Assembly (NCBI GenBank): GCA_021162885.1
Contig: JAGGXV010000022.1
Coordinates: 1-55,570, forward strand
Reading direction: 5' to 3'
Source of the DNA: a bacterium
Lineage (GTDB): Bacteria; Patescibacteriota; Minisyncoccia; Minisyncoccales; CG1-02-41-26
DNA: 55,570 nucleotides
Under the pieces are notes generated by a model. It was not told where the DNA came from and did not search any database. It was given only the letters and a program-made list of their open reading frames with translations. Below, one piece after another: positions 8,259 through 16,021 of the stretch; the stretch's first letter is position 1, and each line of letters opens with the position of its first letter. A program made the translations under genes and the position numbers.

Positions 8259-9243
8259 TATTTTTTTTAAAGTTTTTATCGAATTTCCTGCCACTGTGGA
8301 ATTTCCGATGTATATCCCGTAGACGTTTACTAGTGACATGAGTATAAATTTGGGTAGCAGCGGGGGTTTTATGACCTAAGAATTCTTGAAGAGTCCTTAA
8401 ATCAACCCCTTGTTCTAAAAGATCGGTACTAAAAGAATGACGCAGGACATGCGGTGTGGTTGTTAGTGGTAAACCGGCTTTGATAGCATATTTTTTTATA
8501 CTTTTTTGTATTGAGCGGGGAGTTAATCTTCGAGAAGTGCCTTTTTTATTTTTATAGTTAATGAATAATGCTTTTTCCTTATCTTTTCGAGTTTGAAGAT
8601 ACTCTTTCAACCAAAATATTGCCCTTTCGGAAAAGTAAACTGTTCTTGGTCTACCGCCTTTCCCGATGATGACGATTTCTAAATCTCTTGTGGTAGGTTT
8701 TAATTTAATTTGTTCTCGGTTTAAGCTAACCAATTCGGCTATTCTCATACCTGTAGAAAATAATACTTCTAAGATAGCCCTATCCCGCAATCCATTAATT
8801 TTTGAAGTGTCCGGTGATGAAAATAGTTTTTCCAGTTGTTCTAAATTTAAAAAATTTACAATTCTTGTATCTTTCTCTCTTGGTAACTTAATTTTTTCAG
8901 CAGGTAAAGCCACAATATCTCTGTCCGCAAAATAGTTTAACAAAGACCTTAATGCTATTAGGTAGTAACTTTGAGTTGTTTTGGCTAAGGTCTTTTTTTC
9001 TTTAAGAGCATATTTTTTGGGAGTATATTGACGAGCTAAGAATGCTCGATATTTCCAAATATGCTCTGAAGTAAGCTGATGAGGTTTTATATCTTCTAAT
9101 TTGTTTAATCGTAACCAAATTAAAAATCTTTTTAAAAATCGTGCATAATTTTCTTGGGATTTCGAACTCAAACCCTTCTCAATCTCTAACCAGTCGAGAA
9201 AATCGTTTAGATGCTGGGGGATTGGTTTTTGGCTTTTTTTCAT
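8251..9243 (-). CDS. tyrosine recombinase, XerC/XerD family
   Basis: 330 aa. Catalytic residues are all present: TGMRIAEL (Arg), HVLRHSFSTDL (H-x-x-R) and LGHKTPAATQIYTHV (His, Tyr nucleophile). Confidence 0.88.
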   Translation of the reverse strand: MKKSQKPIPQHLNDFLDWLEIEKGLSSKSQENYARFLKRFLIWLRLNKLEDIKPHQLTSEHIWKYRAFLARQYTPKKYALKEKKTLAKTTQSYYLIALRSLLNYFADRDIVALPAEKIKLPREKDTRIVNFLNLEQLEKLFSSPDTSKINGLRDRAILEVLFSTGMRIAELVSLNREQIKLKPTTRDLEIVIIGKGGRPRTVYFSERAIFWLKEYLQTRKDKEKALFINYKNKKGTSRRLTPRSIQKSIKKYAIKAGLPLTTTPHVLRHSFSTDLLEQGVDLRTLQEFLGHKTPAATQIYTHVTSKRLRDIHRKFHSGRKFDKNFKKNNE

Positions 9244-9360
9244 AGTTTGCTGATTTTACCTATATTATTATACTCTTAAGTGTAATTATGCGAACCAATA
9301 TCTACTAATAATATAAACCCTGCCAGGGGCTCTTGTCAAGTCCCCTACTACAAAAACATC

Positions 9361-9738
9361 TTATTTAATCAAGTCCACGAGCCATTTCCAGAAATTGGAG
9401 AAAGTTTGTTTTATTTCTATTTTTATTTCCTCTTTCTCTTTTTCGAATCGTTCTCTAATTTCTGGTTTTTTCTTTTCAAACCATTGCTGAATCTTTGGTA
9501 AAATGTTCTCTCGCCAATAGTTTATCACTCGTTGATGGGCTTTCTTCCAAATGGCCAGGACATTCCCCAAGACCTTTTTTAAACTTTCAATTGCTTCTTT
9601 AACTATCGTCTTCTCTTGGGATGTTTTTTCTTCTTGCTGAACAGAAAATTGTTCAAGAGAGTTTTGAGCCTGAGTAAAATTATAAAAGCAATTAAACACT
9701 AAAAAAACAATTATTAAAAAACTAAAATAGTGTTTCAT
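9361..9738 (-). CDS. hypothetical secreted/anchored coiled-coil protein
   Basis: 125 aa. It has an N-terminal signal-like segment FSFLIIVFLVFNCFYNFTQA followed by K/E-rich helices. Confidence 0.55.
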   Translation of the reverse strand: MKHYFSFLIIVFLVFNCFYNFTQAQNSLEQFSVQQEEKTSQEKTIVKEAIESLKKVLGNVLAIWKKAHQRVINYWRENILPKIQQWFEKKKPEIRERFEKEKEEIKIEIKQTFSNFWKWLVDLIK

Positions 9739-9778
9739 AAATTTTCAATAAAGAACAAGCCCGAGCGCTACCCTTTTT

Positions 9779-11404
9779 TTACAGTTTCTTGCGAGCTTGT
9801 TTTATTCGATTAAGGGTTTTCTCTTTTCCTAAGATACTGGAAATTTCAAAAGGACCAGCTGAGGCCTCTTTACCAGTTAGAGCCACTCGCAAGGGCCAAA
9901 GCATTTTCCCTCTATCCCCTACTTTTTCTGCTTCAACTAATAAAACTTTTTCAAGATTTTCTTTAGTCCAGTCAGACGGTTTTATATTTTTCAAGATTTT
10001 CTTTAATTTGTCAAGGATATCTTTAGTTTCTTTTTCAGTCATATCTTTCCATTTCAAAAGTTCCTTTGAATACTCTAATTTCTCTTTAAAGAAGAAATCA
10101 GTTAATTCTGAAATTTCAGAAAGTTTCTTTAATCTTTCTTGATACAAACTAATTGCTTTTTTGAGATAATTAAAGGAAATTTCCTCTCCACTTTCTTTTA
10201 TTCTGAATTTCTGGCTGATAAGCTCTGCTCCATAAGCTGGTGGAAACTGTTCTTTCTCAAAAGCTGGTGGAAACTGTTCTTTCTCAAAATATGGTTCAAT
10301 TAGCTCAGCCTTTATTAAATAAGGTAAACATAACTCGGTTAATTTCTCTGGGGATTTTGCCCGGATATAAAATCCATTTATCCAGTCCAATTTCTTGGAA
10401 TTAAAGATCGCTCCTCCACTTTGGAGTCCCTCTACTGAAAACTCTTGGATTAAAGAATTCATAGAAAATATCTCCCGGGGGGTTCCAGGATTCCAGCCCA
10501 AAAGAGCCAAAAAATTAACCAAAGCTTCTGGCAAATAGCCCTCTTTCTTGTATTCTAAAACTGGTTTGGCTCCGTGTCTCTTGCTTAATTTAGTTCTATC
10601 TGGACCCAAAATCAAAGGTAAGTGAAGATATTTTGGTTGAGGAAACCCTAAACTTTCAGCTAATAAAATTTGTTTGGGGGTGTTTGGAATATGGTCTTCT
10701 CCTCGAATAACATGAGTTATTTTCATTTCAAAATCATCAATCACGCAAGCCAAATTATACAGAGGAGTAGTTAAATCTTTAGCCACTGCCATATCTCCAA
10801 AAGTATCTGTGTCAACCTCTATTTTCCCTCGTAACATATCTTGAAAACTGACCTTTTTTGAAGGAGTTTTAAATCTCAAAACAAAGGGCTTTTTTTCTTT
10901 TAAATTCTTTCTCACTTCTTCAGGAGAGAGGTTTCGACATTTTCCTGAGTAGCGAGGAGGTTGGCCAATACTCAAGAGGTAATTTCGATGGGCTTGCAAT
11001 TCTTCTCGGGAACAAAAACAATAATATATCTTTCTTTCATCTAAAAGTTTCTGAATATATTTTTTGTAAATCTCTTTTCTCTCTGATTGTCGATAAGGAC
11101 CATACCTTCCTCCACAATCAGGACCTTCCTGCCATTCTATTCCCAACCACTTTAATCCCTCAATGATATTTTCTTCCCACTCTTTTTTCGACCGTTCAGG
11201 ATCTGTGTCTTCAATTCTTAAAATGAAACTACCTTGATTTTTTTTAGCGAAAAGATAGTTAAAAAGAGCGGTCCTGGCAGTGCCAATATGAAAGAATCCG
11301 GTGGGGGCGGGAGCTATTCTTACCCTAATTTCCCCGGGCCTTATTAATTCTATTTTTTTGGGGTCTTCCAATTCCTTAAGGGATTGGAGATTTTCTTTAA
11401 TCAT
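9779..11404 (-). CDS. gltX: glutamyl-tRNA synthetase
   Basis: Motifs are RIAPAPTGFFHIGTART (HIGH region) and KLSKRHG (KMSKS). I prefer the start at MIKENLQ (11404), 1 nt after the murG stop. Confidence 0.93.
   Translation of the reverse strand: MIKENLQSLKELEDPKKIELIRPGEIRVRIAPAPTGFFHIGTARTALFNYLFAKKNQGSFILRIEDTDPERSKKEWEENIIEGLKWLGIEWQEGPDCGGRYGPYRQSERKEIYKKYIQKLLDERKIYYCFCSREELQAHRNYLLSIGQPPRYSGKCRNLSPEEVRKNLKEKKPFVLRFKTPSKKVSFQDMLRGKIEVDTDTFGDMAVAKDLTTPLYNLACVIDDFEMKITHVIRGEDHIPNTPKQILLAESLGFPQPKYLHLPLILGPDRTKLSKRHGAKPVLEYKKEGYLPEALVNFLALLGWNPGTPREIFSMNSLIQEFSVEGLQSGGAIFNSKKLDWINGFYIRAKSPEKLTELCLPYLIKAELIEPYFEKEQFPPAFEKEQFPPAYGAELISQKFRIKESGEEISFNYLKKAISLYQERLKKLSEISELTDFFFKEKLEYSKELLKWKDMTEKETKDILDKLKKILKNIKPSDWTKENLEKVLLVEAEKVGDRGKMLWPLRVALTGKEASAGPFEISSILGKEKTLNRIKQARKKL
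10234..10287. repeat. perfect 27-bp in-frame tandem duplication inside gltX
   Basis: aagctggtggaaactgttctttctcaa occurs at 10234-10260 and 10261-10287. It encodes FEKEQFPPA twice. Confidence 0.95.
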
Positions 11405-11405
11405 G

Positions 11406-12515
11406 TTATTTAAGATATTCCAAAAGATAACAAGCAATTATCTTTGCTGCTTTTGGCCGGCTGAAATTCTTGGCCGCTTCAGCCATTTTTTGGAGAATAT
11501 CGGGCCGAGAAAACAAATATTTCAATTTTTCTAAAAAGAAATGAGGCCTTAAATTTTTCTCCTCAATAACCTCAGCAGCCCCTATTTTTGAGAAAGCATA
11601 GGCATTTTCCAACTGATGATTTTGAGCCGAAGTTGGCAACGGAATTAACAAAGAAGGCTTACCAACCGCGGCAATTTCGAAAATACTACCCGCTCCAGCC
11701 CTCGAGACTACCAAATCGCAGCAAAAAAAGGCATTCTTTAAGTAGTTTTCATTTAAAAAAGGAAAAGGATGATAATATTTTTTTAAACTTTGTTCTGATA
11801 TCATAACTTCTGCTTCAGCTTTCACTCGGCTGAAATTTCTTTGGCCTGTCTGGTGAATTATTTCAAAATCGGCGACTAATTCTGGCAGAATTTCAAGAAT
11901 TGTTTCGTTTATGCTCCTTGCTCCTTGTGATCCTCCGAAAATTAAAATTAAAGGTTTGTTGCCTTGTAGGTTAAAGATTTTTTTTGGTTCAACTCCCATA
12001 TCTTTTAAAATTTCTTCTCTGATTGGGTTGCCAACACAAATCATTTTTTCTTTTGGAAAAAATCTGGTTTTAGGGAAAGAAGTAAAAATTTCCAACGCCC
12101 ATTTACTTTCTATTTTTGCTGCCAGTCCCGGGCTAATGTCTGATTCATGCAAGAAAATTGGAATATGCAAGATTCGTGCTGCCATCACTGCGGGAAAAGA
12201 GCCGTATCCTCCCTTACTGAACACAACATCGGGAGCTAAAAAGAAAAGCCAAAAGAATGCCTGTAAGGTTCCAATAGGAATTTTAAGAATGTCCAAAAAA
12301 TTTTTCAAAGAGAAATACCTTCTCAGCTTACCAGCCAATATTTTTTTCACCATTACTCCTTCTCCAGAAAGTAAAGTTAAACTATATTTATCTTTGGGAC
12401 CTAAGTAAAACAATTTGAGCTCAGGGCCCGAATAAATTTTTTTCAGTTCTCTGACGATAGCGACAATTGGGAAAGTGTGGCCAGCTGTTCCACCGCCGGT
12501 AAAAACAATTTTCAT
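11406..12515 (-). CDS. murG: UDP-N-acetylglucosamine--N-acetylmuramyl-(pentapeptide) pyrophosphoryl-undecaprenol GlcNAc transferase
   Basis: 369 aa. It shows KIVFTGGGTAGHTFP, and its C-terminal domain has GGSQGA and RAGAGSIFE. Confidence 0.93.
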   Translation of the reverse strand: MKIVFTGGGTAGHTFPIVAIVRELKKIYSGPELKLFYLGPKDKYSLTLLSGEGVMVKKILAGKLRRYFSLKNFLDILKIPIGTLQAFFWLFFLAPDVVFSKGGYGSFPAVMAARILHIPIFLHESDISPGLAAKIESKWALEIFTSFPKTRFFPKEKMICVGNPIREEILKDMGVEPKKIFNLQGNKPLILIFGGSQGARSINETILEILPELVADFEIIHQTGQRNFSRVKAEAEVMISEQSLKKYYHPFPFLNENYLKNAFFCCDLVVSRAGAGSIFEIAAVGKPSLLIPLPTSAQNHQLENAYAFSKIGAAEVIEEKNLRPHFFLEKLKYLFSRPDILQKMAEAAKNFSRPKAAKIIACYLLEYLK

Positions 12516-12524
12516 AAAATCCTC

Positions 12525-12585
12525 TCGAATTACGAATCTAGTCGAATTACGAATATTCGTAATTCGTGTTCATTCGTAATTCGTA
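12525..12585 (-). repeat. palindromic AATTCGT-heptamer intergenic cassette (copy A) between ftsW stop and murG start
   Basis: tcgaattacgaat occurs twice (12525-37, 12542-54), followed by attcgtaattcg (12555-66) and attcgtaattcgta (12572-85). The core gaattacgaatattcgtaattc is a perfect 22-bp palindrome. Confidence 0.9.
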
Positions 12586-12588
12586 GGG

Positions 12589-13716
12589 TTATTTCCTTGA
12601 AATATTAAGCAAAATTCCTATTCCAATTAATTCTGTTATCAGGTGCGACCCTCCATAGCTGAAAAAAGGCAAAGGAATCCCAGCTAAAGGTAAAATCCCT
12701 ATCATTCCTCCGATATTGAAAACAGTTTGTGAAACTATCCAAACTGTGATTCCTAAAGCTAAAACACGGGAAAAACTTTTTTCTGAAGTTGCAGCGGTTT
12801 TGAGACCTCTCCATAGAAAAACCAAAAAAAGGAATAGAAGAAAGAAAGAACCAATAAACCCTGTCTCTTCTCCTATTATAGCAAAAATTGAGTCAGATAT
12901 TGAGTGGGGTAAAAAGCCAAATTTTTGGCGCGACAACCCAAGCCCAAATCCGCCCTCAATGCCAAATATCTTTCCTGAACCTATGGCAATTAAAGCCTGT
13001 TTCAACTGATAACTGATTCCCAAAGGATCAGTTTCGGGATGGAAAACACTGAATACTCTGGCGGCTCTGTAAGGAGCAATTTTTATCAAGAGAGCCGCTA
13101 TCCCTCCTCCTCCCAAAATCATCACCAGCGAATGCCACCAAGGAGTAGGGCTGGCAAAATACATTAACAAAGCAGTAATCAGAATTATCCCGGCTGTGCT
13201 CATATCGGGTTGCAAAAGTAGCCCAATTCCCAAAACTGCTAAAATTGCCAAAAAGACAATCCAGGTTTGAATTCTTTTAGTTTTTGAAAGCGCTGTCCTT
13301 TCCCCAAATTTATTAGAAAGCCAAGCAGCGAGATAAAGCAAGAAAGTGATTTTTAAAAACTCTGATGGTTGAAACAAAATTGGCCCCAAACCAATCCAGC
13401 GGCTTGCTCCTCCGATTTCAATTCCAATTTTTGGCAAGAAAACAAAAAATAAAAGTATTAAATTCAACAAAAATAACCGAGGGCCCCATTTCTGAAAAAA
13501 ATTTAAAGGCAAACGAAAACAAATAAAACCTATCAATATTCCAGGAACGAGACCAGCTAATATCTGATGAAAGAAATAATGCCAGATATTTCCATATTTT
13601 TCCAAAGAGAGAGGAATAGAAACAGTTCCAATAGTAAATATCCCCCACAGGACCAAGATGGAAACTACTCCAAGCAATACATAATCAGGGTGAGAAGTGC
13701 TATTTTTTACCTCCAT
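12589..13716 (-). CDS. ftsW: SEDS-family peptidoglycan glycosyltransferase (FtsW/RodA)
   Basis: 375 aa and polytopic. The C-terminal signature is GILPLAGIPLPFFSYGGSHL. Confidence 0.9.
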   Translation of the reverse strand: MEVKNSTSHPDYVLLGVVSILVLWGIFTIGTVSIPLSLEKYGNIWHYFFHQILAGLVPGILIGFICFRLPLNFFQKWGPRLFLLNLILLFFVFLPKIGIEIGGASRWIGLGPILFQPSEFLKITFLLYLAAWLSNKFGERTALSKTKRIQTWIVFLAILAVLGIGLLLQPDMSTAGIILITALLMYFASPTPWWHSLVMILGGGGIAALLIKIAPYRAARVFSVFHPETDPLGISYQLKQALIAIGSGKIFGIEGGFGLGLSRQKFGFLPHSISDSIFAIIGEETGFIGSFFLLFLFLVFLWRGLKTAATSEKSFSRVLALGITVWIVSQTVFNIGGMIGILPLAGIPLPFFSYGGSHLITELIGIGILLNISRK

Positions 13717-15052
13717 ATATCTTTATGAATCTCTTAAATAAATTTCCTCTCTGGCGATAATTTTTAAATAAATTGAAACTTGGAGCAGCTGGGCTGAGCA
13801 AACAAGCACTCCCCTTCTCTGTATTTTCGTAGGCTGTTTTTATGGCTTCTTTCATTGAACGGACAAAAAAGCTCTTTGGCAGATTCTTTGAGTTCTTTTT
13901 CAGATTAAGAATTTCTTGCCAAATTTTCTTCCCCGTGCCCGGTGACAAAAAAATCAAAGTTTTGACATTACTTTTTAAAATCCTTTTAGCCAAGAGAGAA
14001 AAATCAATTCCTCCCTTATCAGACCCTCCCAGGATTAATGTTTTTACTTTGTTTCTCAAAGCCTCAAGGGCAGCGATGGTAGCCTGGGGAACCGTGGCTA
14101 AAGAGTCATTATAAAACTCTATCCCCCTATATTTGCCAACATATTCTAATCTATGAGGCAATGGTTTAAATTCTTTTAGAGCTTCTTTTATTTTTGTTTT
14201 AGGAATATTAAACAACTTCCCTACCTTGATGGCTGTTATTGTGTTAAAAAGATTGAATTTTCCAATTAAAGGAATTTTTTTAATTTCATTCCTAATTCGT
14301 TTAAATTCGTAATTCGTAGGTTTGATAGGGATTTTTTTAGCGTTTGTTTTTTCTGCAACTTCTCTTAATTCTTTTTGTTCCGAATTGTAAATAAAAAAAT
14401 CATTTTTTCTCTGATGTAAAGTAATATTTTCTTTAGCTTTTTTGTAATTTTGGAAGTTTTTGTAATAATCCAAATGAGCCGGCCAAAGATTTAAAAAAAC
14501 AGCAATCTGAGGAGATTTTTTAAGATTTTGCAATTGATGAGAAGATAACTCATAAACGAAGATGTCGTTTTTTTTGGCTCTGAGTAAGCTTTGAAAAACT
14601 GGCTTGCCAATGTTCCCTACCAAATGAACCTTCAATCCCCCTTTTTTTAGAATTTTGTAAATTAAAGAAGCAGTGGTTCCTTTCCCTTTCGTTCCTGTTA
14701 CTCCAACAATTTTGCCAGGACAATTATCAAAAAAAATCTCAGTTTGGGAAGTTATTTTTGTTCCCTTTTTTAAAAAAGGTTTGATAATTTTTAAAGGAAT
14801 TCCCGGTGTTTTAATTATTAAATTGTAATTTTTCAGAGAGTTTAGATAATCTTTACCAAAATACAATTTTGTTTTTTTGTCAAATCTCAAGAGATATTGA
14901 GTTTTTTCTGGCAGTTTTTTGAACTCTTGCCTATCAGCGATTGCTAAAATTTTCCTTGGAAAAAGTTTCCTCAAAGCCAAGAAAGTGTCTTTCCCTTCCT
15001 TGCCAAATCCCAAAATCAATATTTTTTTGTTCTTTAATTCTTCTAAACTCAT
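13700..15052 (-). CDS. murD: UDP-N-acetylmuramoylalanine--D-glutamate ligase
   Basis: It shows a Rossmann N-terminus KILILGFGKEGK and the Mur ligase P-loop GVTGTKGKGTTA, and it lies in a murD-ftsW-murG context. I prefer the ATG at 15052 (MSLEEL); the ORF-track start at 15067 is TTG. Confidence 0.88.
   Translation of the reverse strand: MSLEELKNKKILILGFGKEGKDTFLALRKLFPRKILAIADRQEFKKLPEKTQYLLRFDKKTKLYFGKDYLNSLKNYNLIIKTPGIPLKIIKPFLKKGTKITSQTEIFFDNCPGKIVGVTGTKGKGTTASLIYKILKKGGLKVHLVGNIGKPVFQSLLRAKKNDIFVYELSSHQLQNLKKSPQIAVFLNLWPAHLDYYKNFQNYKKAKENITLHQRKNDFFIYNSEQKELREVAEKTNAKKIPIKPTNYEFKRIRNEIKKIPLIGKFNLFNTITAIKVGKLFNIPKTKIKEALKEFKPLPHRLEYVGKYRGIEFYNDSLATVPQATIAALEALRNKVKTLILGGSDKGGIDFSLLAKRILKSNVKTLIFLSPGTGKKIWQEILNLKKNSKNLPKSFFVRSMKEAIKTAYENTEKGSACLLSPAAPSFNLFKNYRQRGNLFKRFIKIYGGKK
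14294..14317 (-). repeat. AATTCGT heptamer block embedded in murD coding sequence
   Basis: aattcgt tta aattcgt aattcgt. In gene orientation it reads CCTACGAATTACGAAT-TTAAAC-GAATTA, matching the left arm of the intergenic cassette. It encodes PTNYEFKRIRN. Confidence 0.85.
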
Positions 15053-15095
15053 ACATGCATACTCCAAAATACCACAAAATTCCCCTAAAATAAAC

Positions 15096-15119
15096 AGAGG
15101 ACTCCGCGGGGAGTCCTCT
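15096..15119 (-). terminator. strong hairpin terminator closing the gam cassette
   Basis: Perfect 10-bp stem agaggactcc / ggagtcctct with loop gcgg. On the minus strand it is followed by GTTTATTTTAG. Confidence 0.7.
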
Positions 15120-15137
15120 ATCTCTATATTTTGAAAT

Positions 15138-15260
15138 TCAACAATTCTTTTTCTTTGCTACCTTCTCTTTTCTCCTTTTTTCTCGCATGCGCATTTTGAT
15201 ATTTCTTAGTACTCGAGGAATGATTTTTTTGATGTGTTCAGGATCCGTATTTTTCCTCAT
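15138..15260 (-). CDS. possible 40-aa highly basic peptide downstream of gam
   Basis: Hand-translated as MRKNTDPEHIKKIIPRVLRNIKMRMREKRRKEKVAKKKNC*. It is preceded by GGGGGGTAAAAAAATG and lies 18 nt after the gam stop, before the terminator. No homology evidence. Confidence 0.3.
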   Translation of the reverse strand: MRKNTDPEHIKKIIPRVLRNIKMRMREKRRKEKVAKKKNC

Positions 15261-15278
15261 TTTTTTACCCCCCTTTGC

Positions 15279-15827
15279 CTATTTCAGTTCCTCGGTATTT
15301 TTAGATATTTTAATCTTTCCAAACTTTTCCACACCGGGTTCAATCACAAACTTTTCTCGTTGCTTAATGGTAACTCCTTTGATTTCCGAAGCTTTCTCTT
15401 GTTCATTAAGCATAGCTTGTTTATCAATCTCTTCTTTAACCCGGATAAATTGAAAGAACCCAGCTTCTTTGCATCTTTTTATTATTTCCTCTTTCTTACC
15501 TTTTAAAACCACCAAAGCCTTACCAACTCTCCATCCTATAGTTCCAGTAGGAAAAGAAACTGTTTTTAATTTACCTTTCTCAGTGAGTTCCTCTCGGTTC
15601 TGTTGGGCGTATGCGTAAAGAGCTTTAATTAACTGTTCTATGATTCTCTCTTCAGTCTCTATTTTTGGCATTTCTTTTTGCCTGATTTTTTCTAGTTTTT
15701 CTTCCAGAATTGCTCTTTGACTTATGACTTTCCGTTGGTGTTCTCCTATCTGTCTAATATATTCTGCTGCCTCCTCTTTTGAAGTAGGGGGAGTAATTAT
15801 AGCTCGCTTAGCAATCTGTCCCTTCAT
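15279..15827 (-). CDS. gam: host-nuclease inhibitor protein Gam (phage Mu Gam family, Ku-like DNA-end binder)
   Basis: 182 aa. It aligns by eye along its length with Mu Gam: IRQIGEHQR, NREELTEKGKLKTVSFPTGTIGWRV and FIRVKEEIDKQAML. A strong SD (AAAGGAGGAAAAAATG) precedes the start. Confidence 0.88.
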   Translation of the reverse strand: MKGQIAKRAIITPPTSKEEAAEYIRQIGEHQRKVISQRAILEEKLEKIRQKEMPKIETEERIIEQLIKALYAYAQQNREELTEKGKLKTVSFPTGTIGWRVGKALVVLKGKKEEIIKRCKEAGFFQFIRVKEEIDKQAMLNEQEKASEIKGVTIKQREKFVIEPGVEKFGKIKISKNTEELK

Positions 15828-15874
15828 TTTTTCCTCCTTTTATTCTTTCATTATTTTATTTTTTAATGTTCCTT

Positions 15875-15919
15875 GATTTTTTCTCAGATTTTTTCTCACT
15901 TTGGGATAAAATTTTTATC
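15875..15919 (-). promoter_or_regulatory. candidate operator region upstream of gam
   Basis: There is a perfect 12-bp tandem repeat gattttttctca (15875-86, 15887-98). It is followed by a 17-bp inverted repeat ggataaaa-t-ttttatcc (15903-15919). Confidence 0.4.
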
Positions 15920-15971
15920 CTCTAACTTTATGCTTAAAAATACCACAAAAATCTTTCAGTGTAAAGAAAAA

Positions 15972-16001
15972 AGAGTTCTTCTTTTTGGAAACAAGAACTC
16001 T
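15972..16001 (-). terminator. rho-independent terminator of murI
   Basis: The 9-bp stem is agagttctt (15972-80) / aagaactct (15993-16001). On the minus strand it is followed by TTTTTTC. Confidence 0.7.
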
Positions 16002-16021
16002 CTGTGTGAATTTCCTTGAAT

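Noticed and set aside
11911-12408. A 165-aa plus-strand ORF lies inside murG. Similar long antisense ORFs occur at 35993-36520 in dnaX, 52602-52973 in atpB, 9789-10142 in gltX, 3600-3944 in the peptidase gene and 39531-39917 in cysS.
   Set aside because: They lie entirely antisense to genes with unambiguous family motifs. They have low-complexity Ser/Phe/Lys-rich composition and no start context. They are typical shadow ORFs of an AT-rich genome.
15187-15506. Two plus-strand ORFs (88 and 90 aa) overlap the gam region.
   Set aside because: They are antisense to a full-length Mu Gam homologue and have Phe/Leu/Ser-rich shadow composition.
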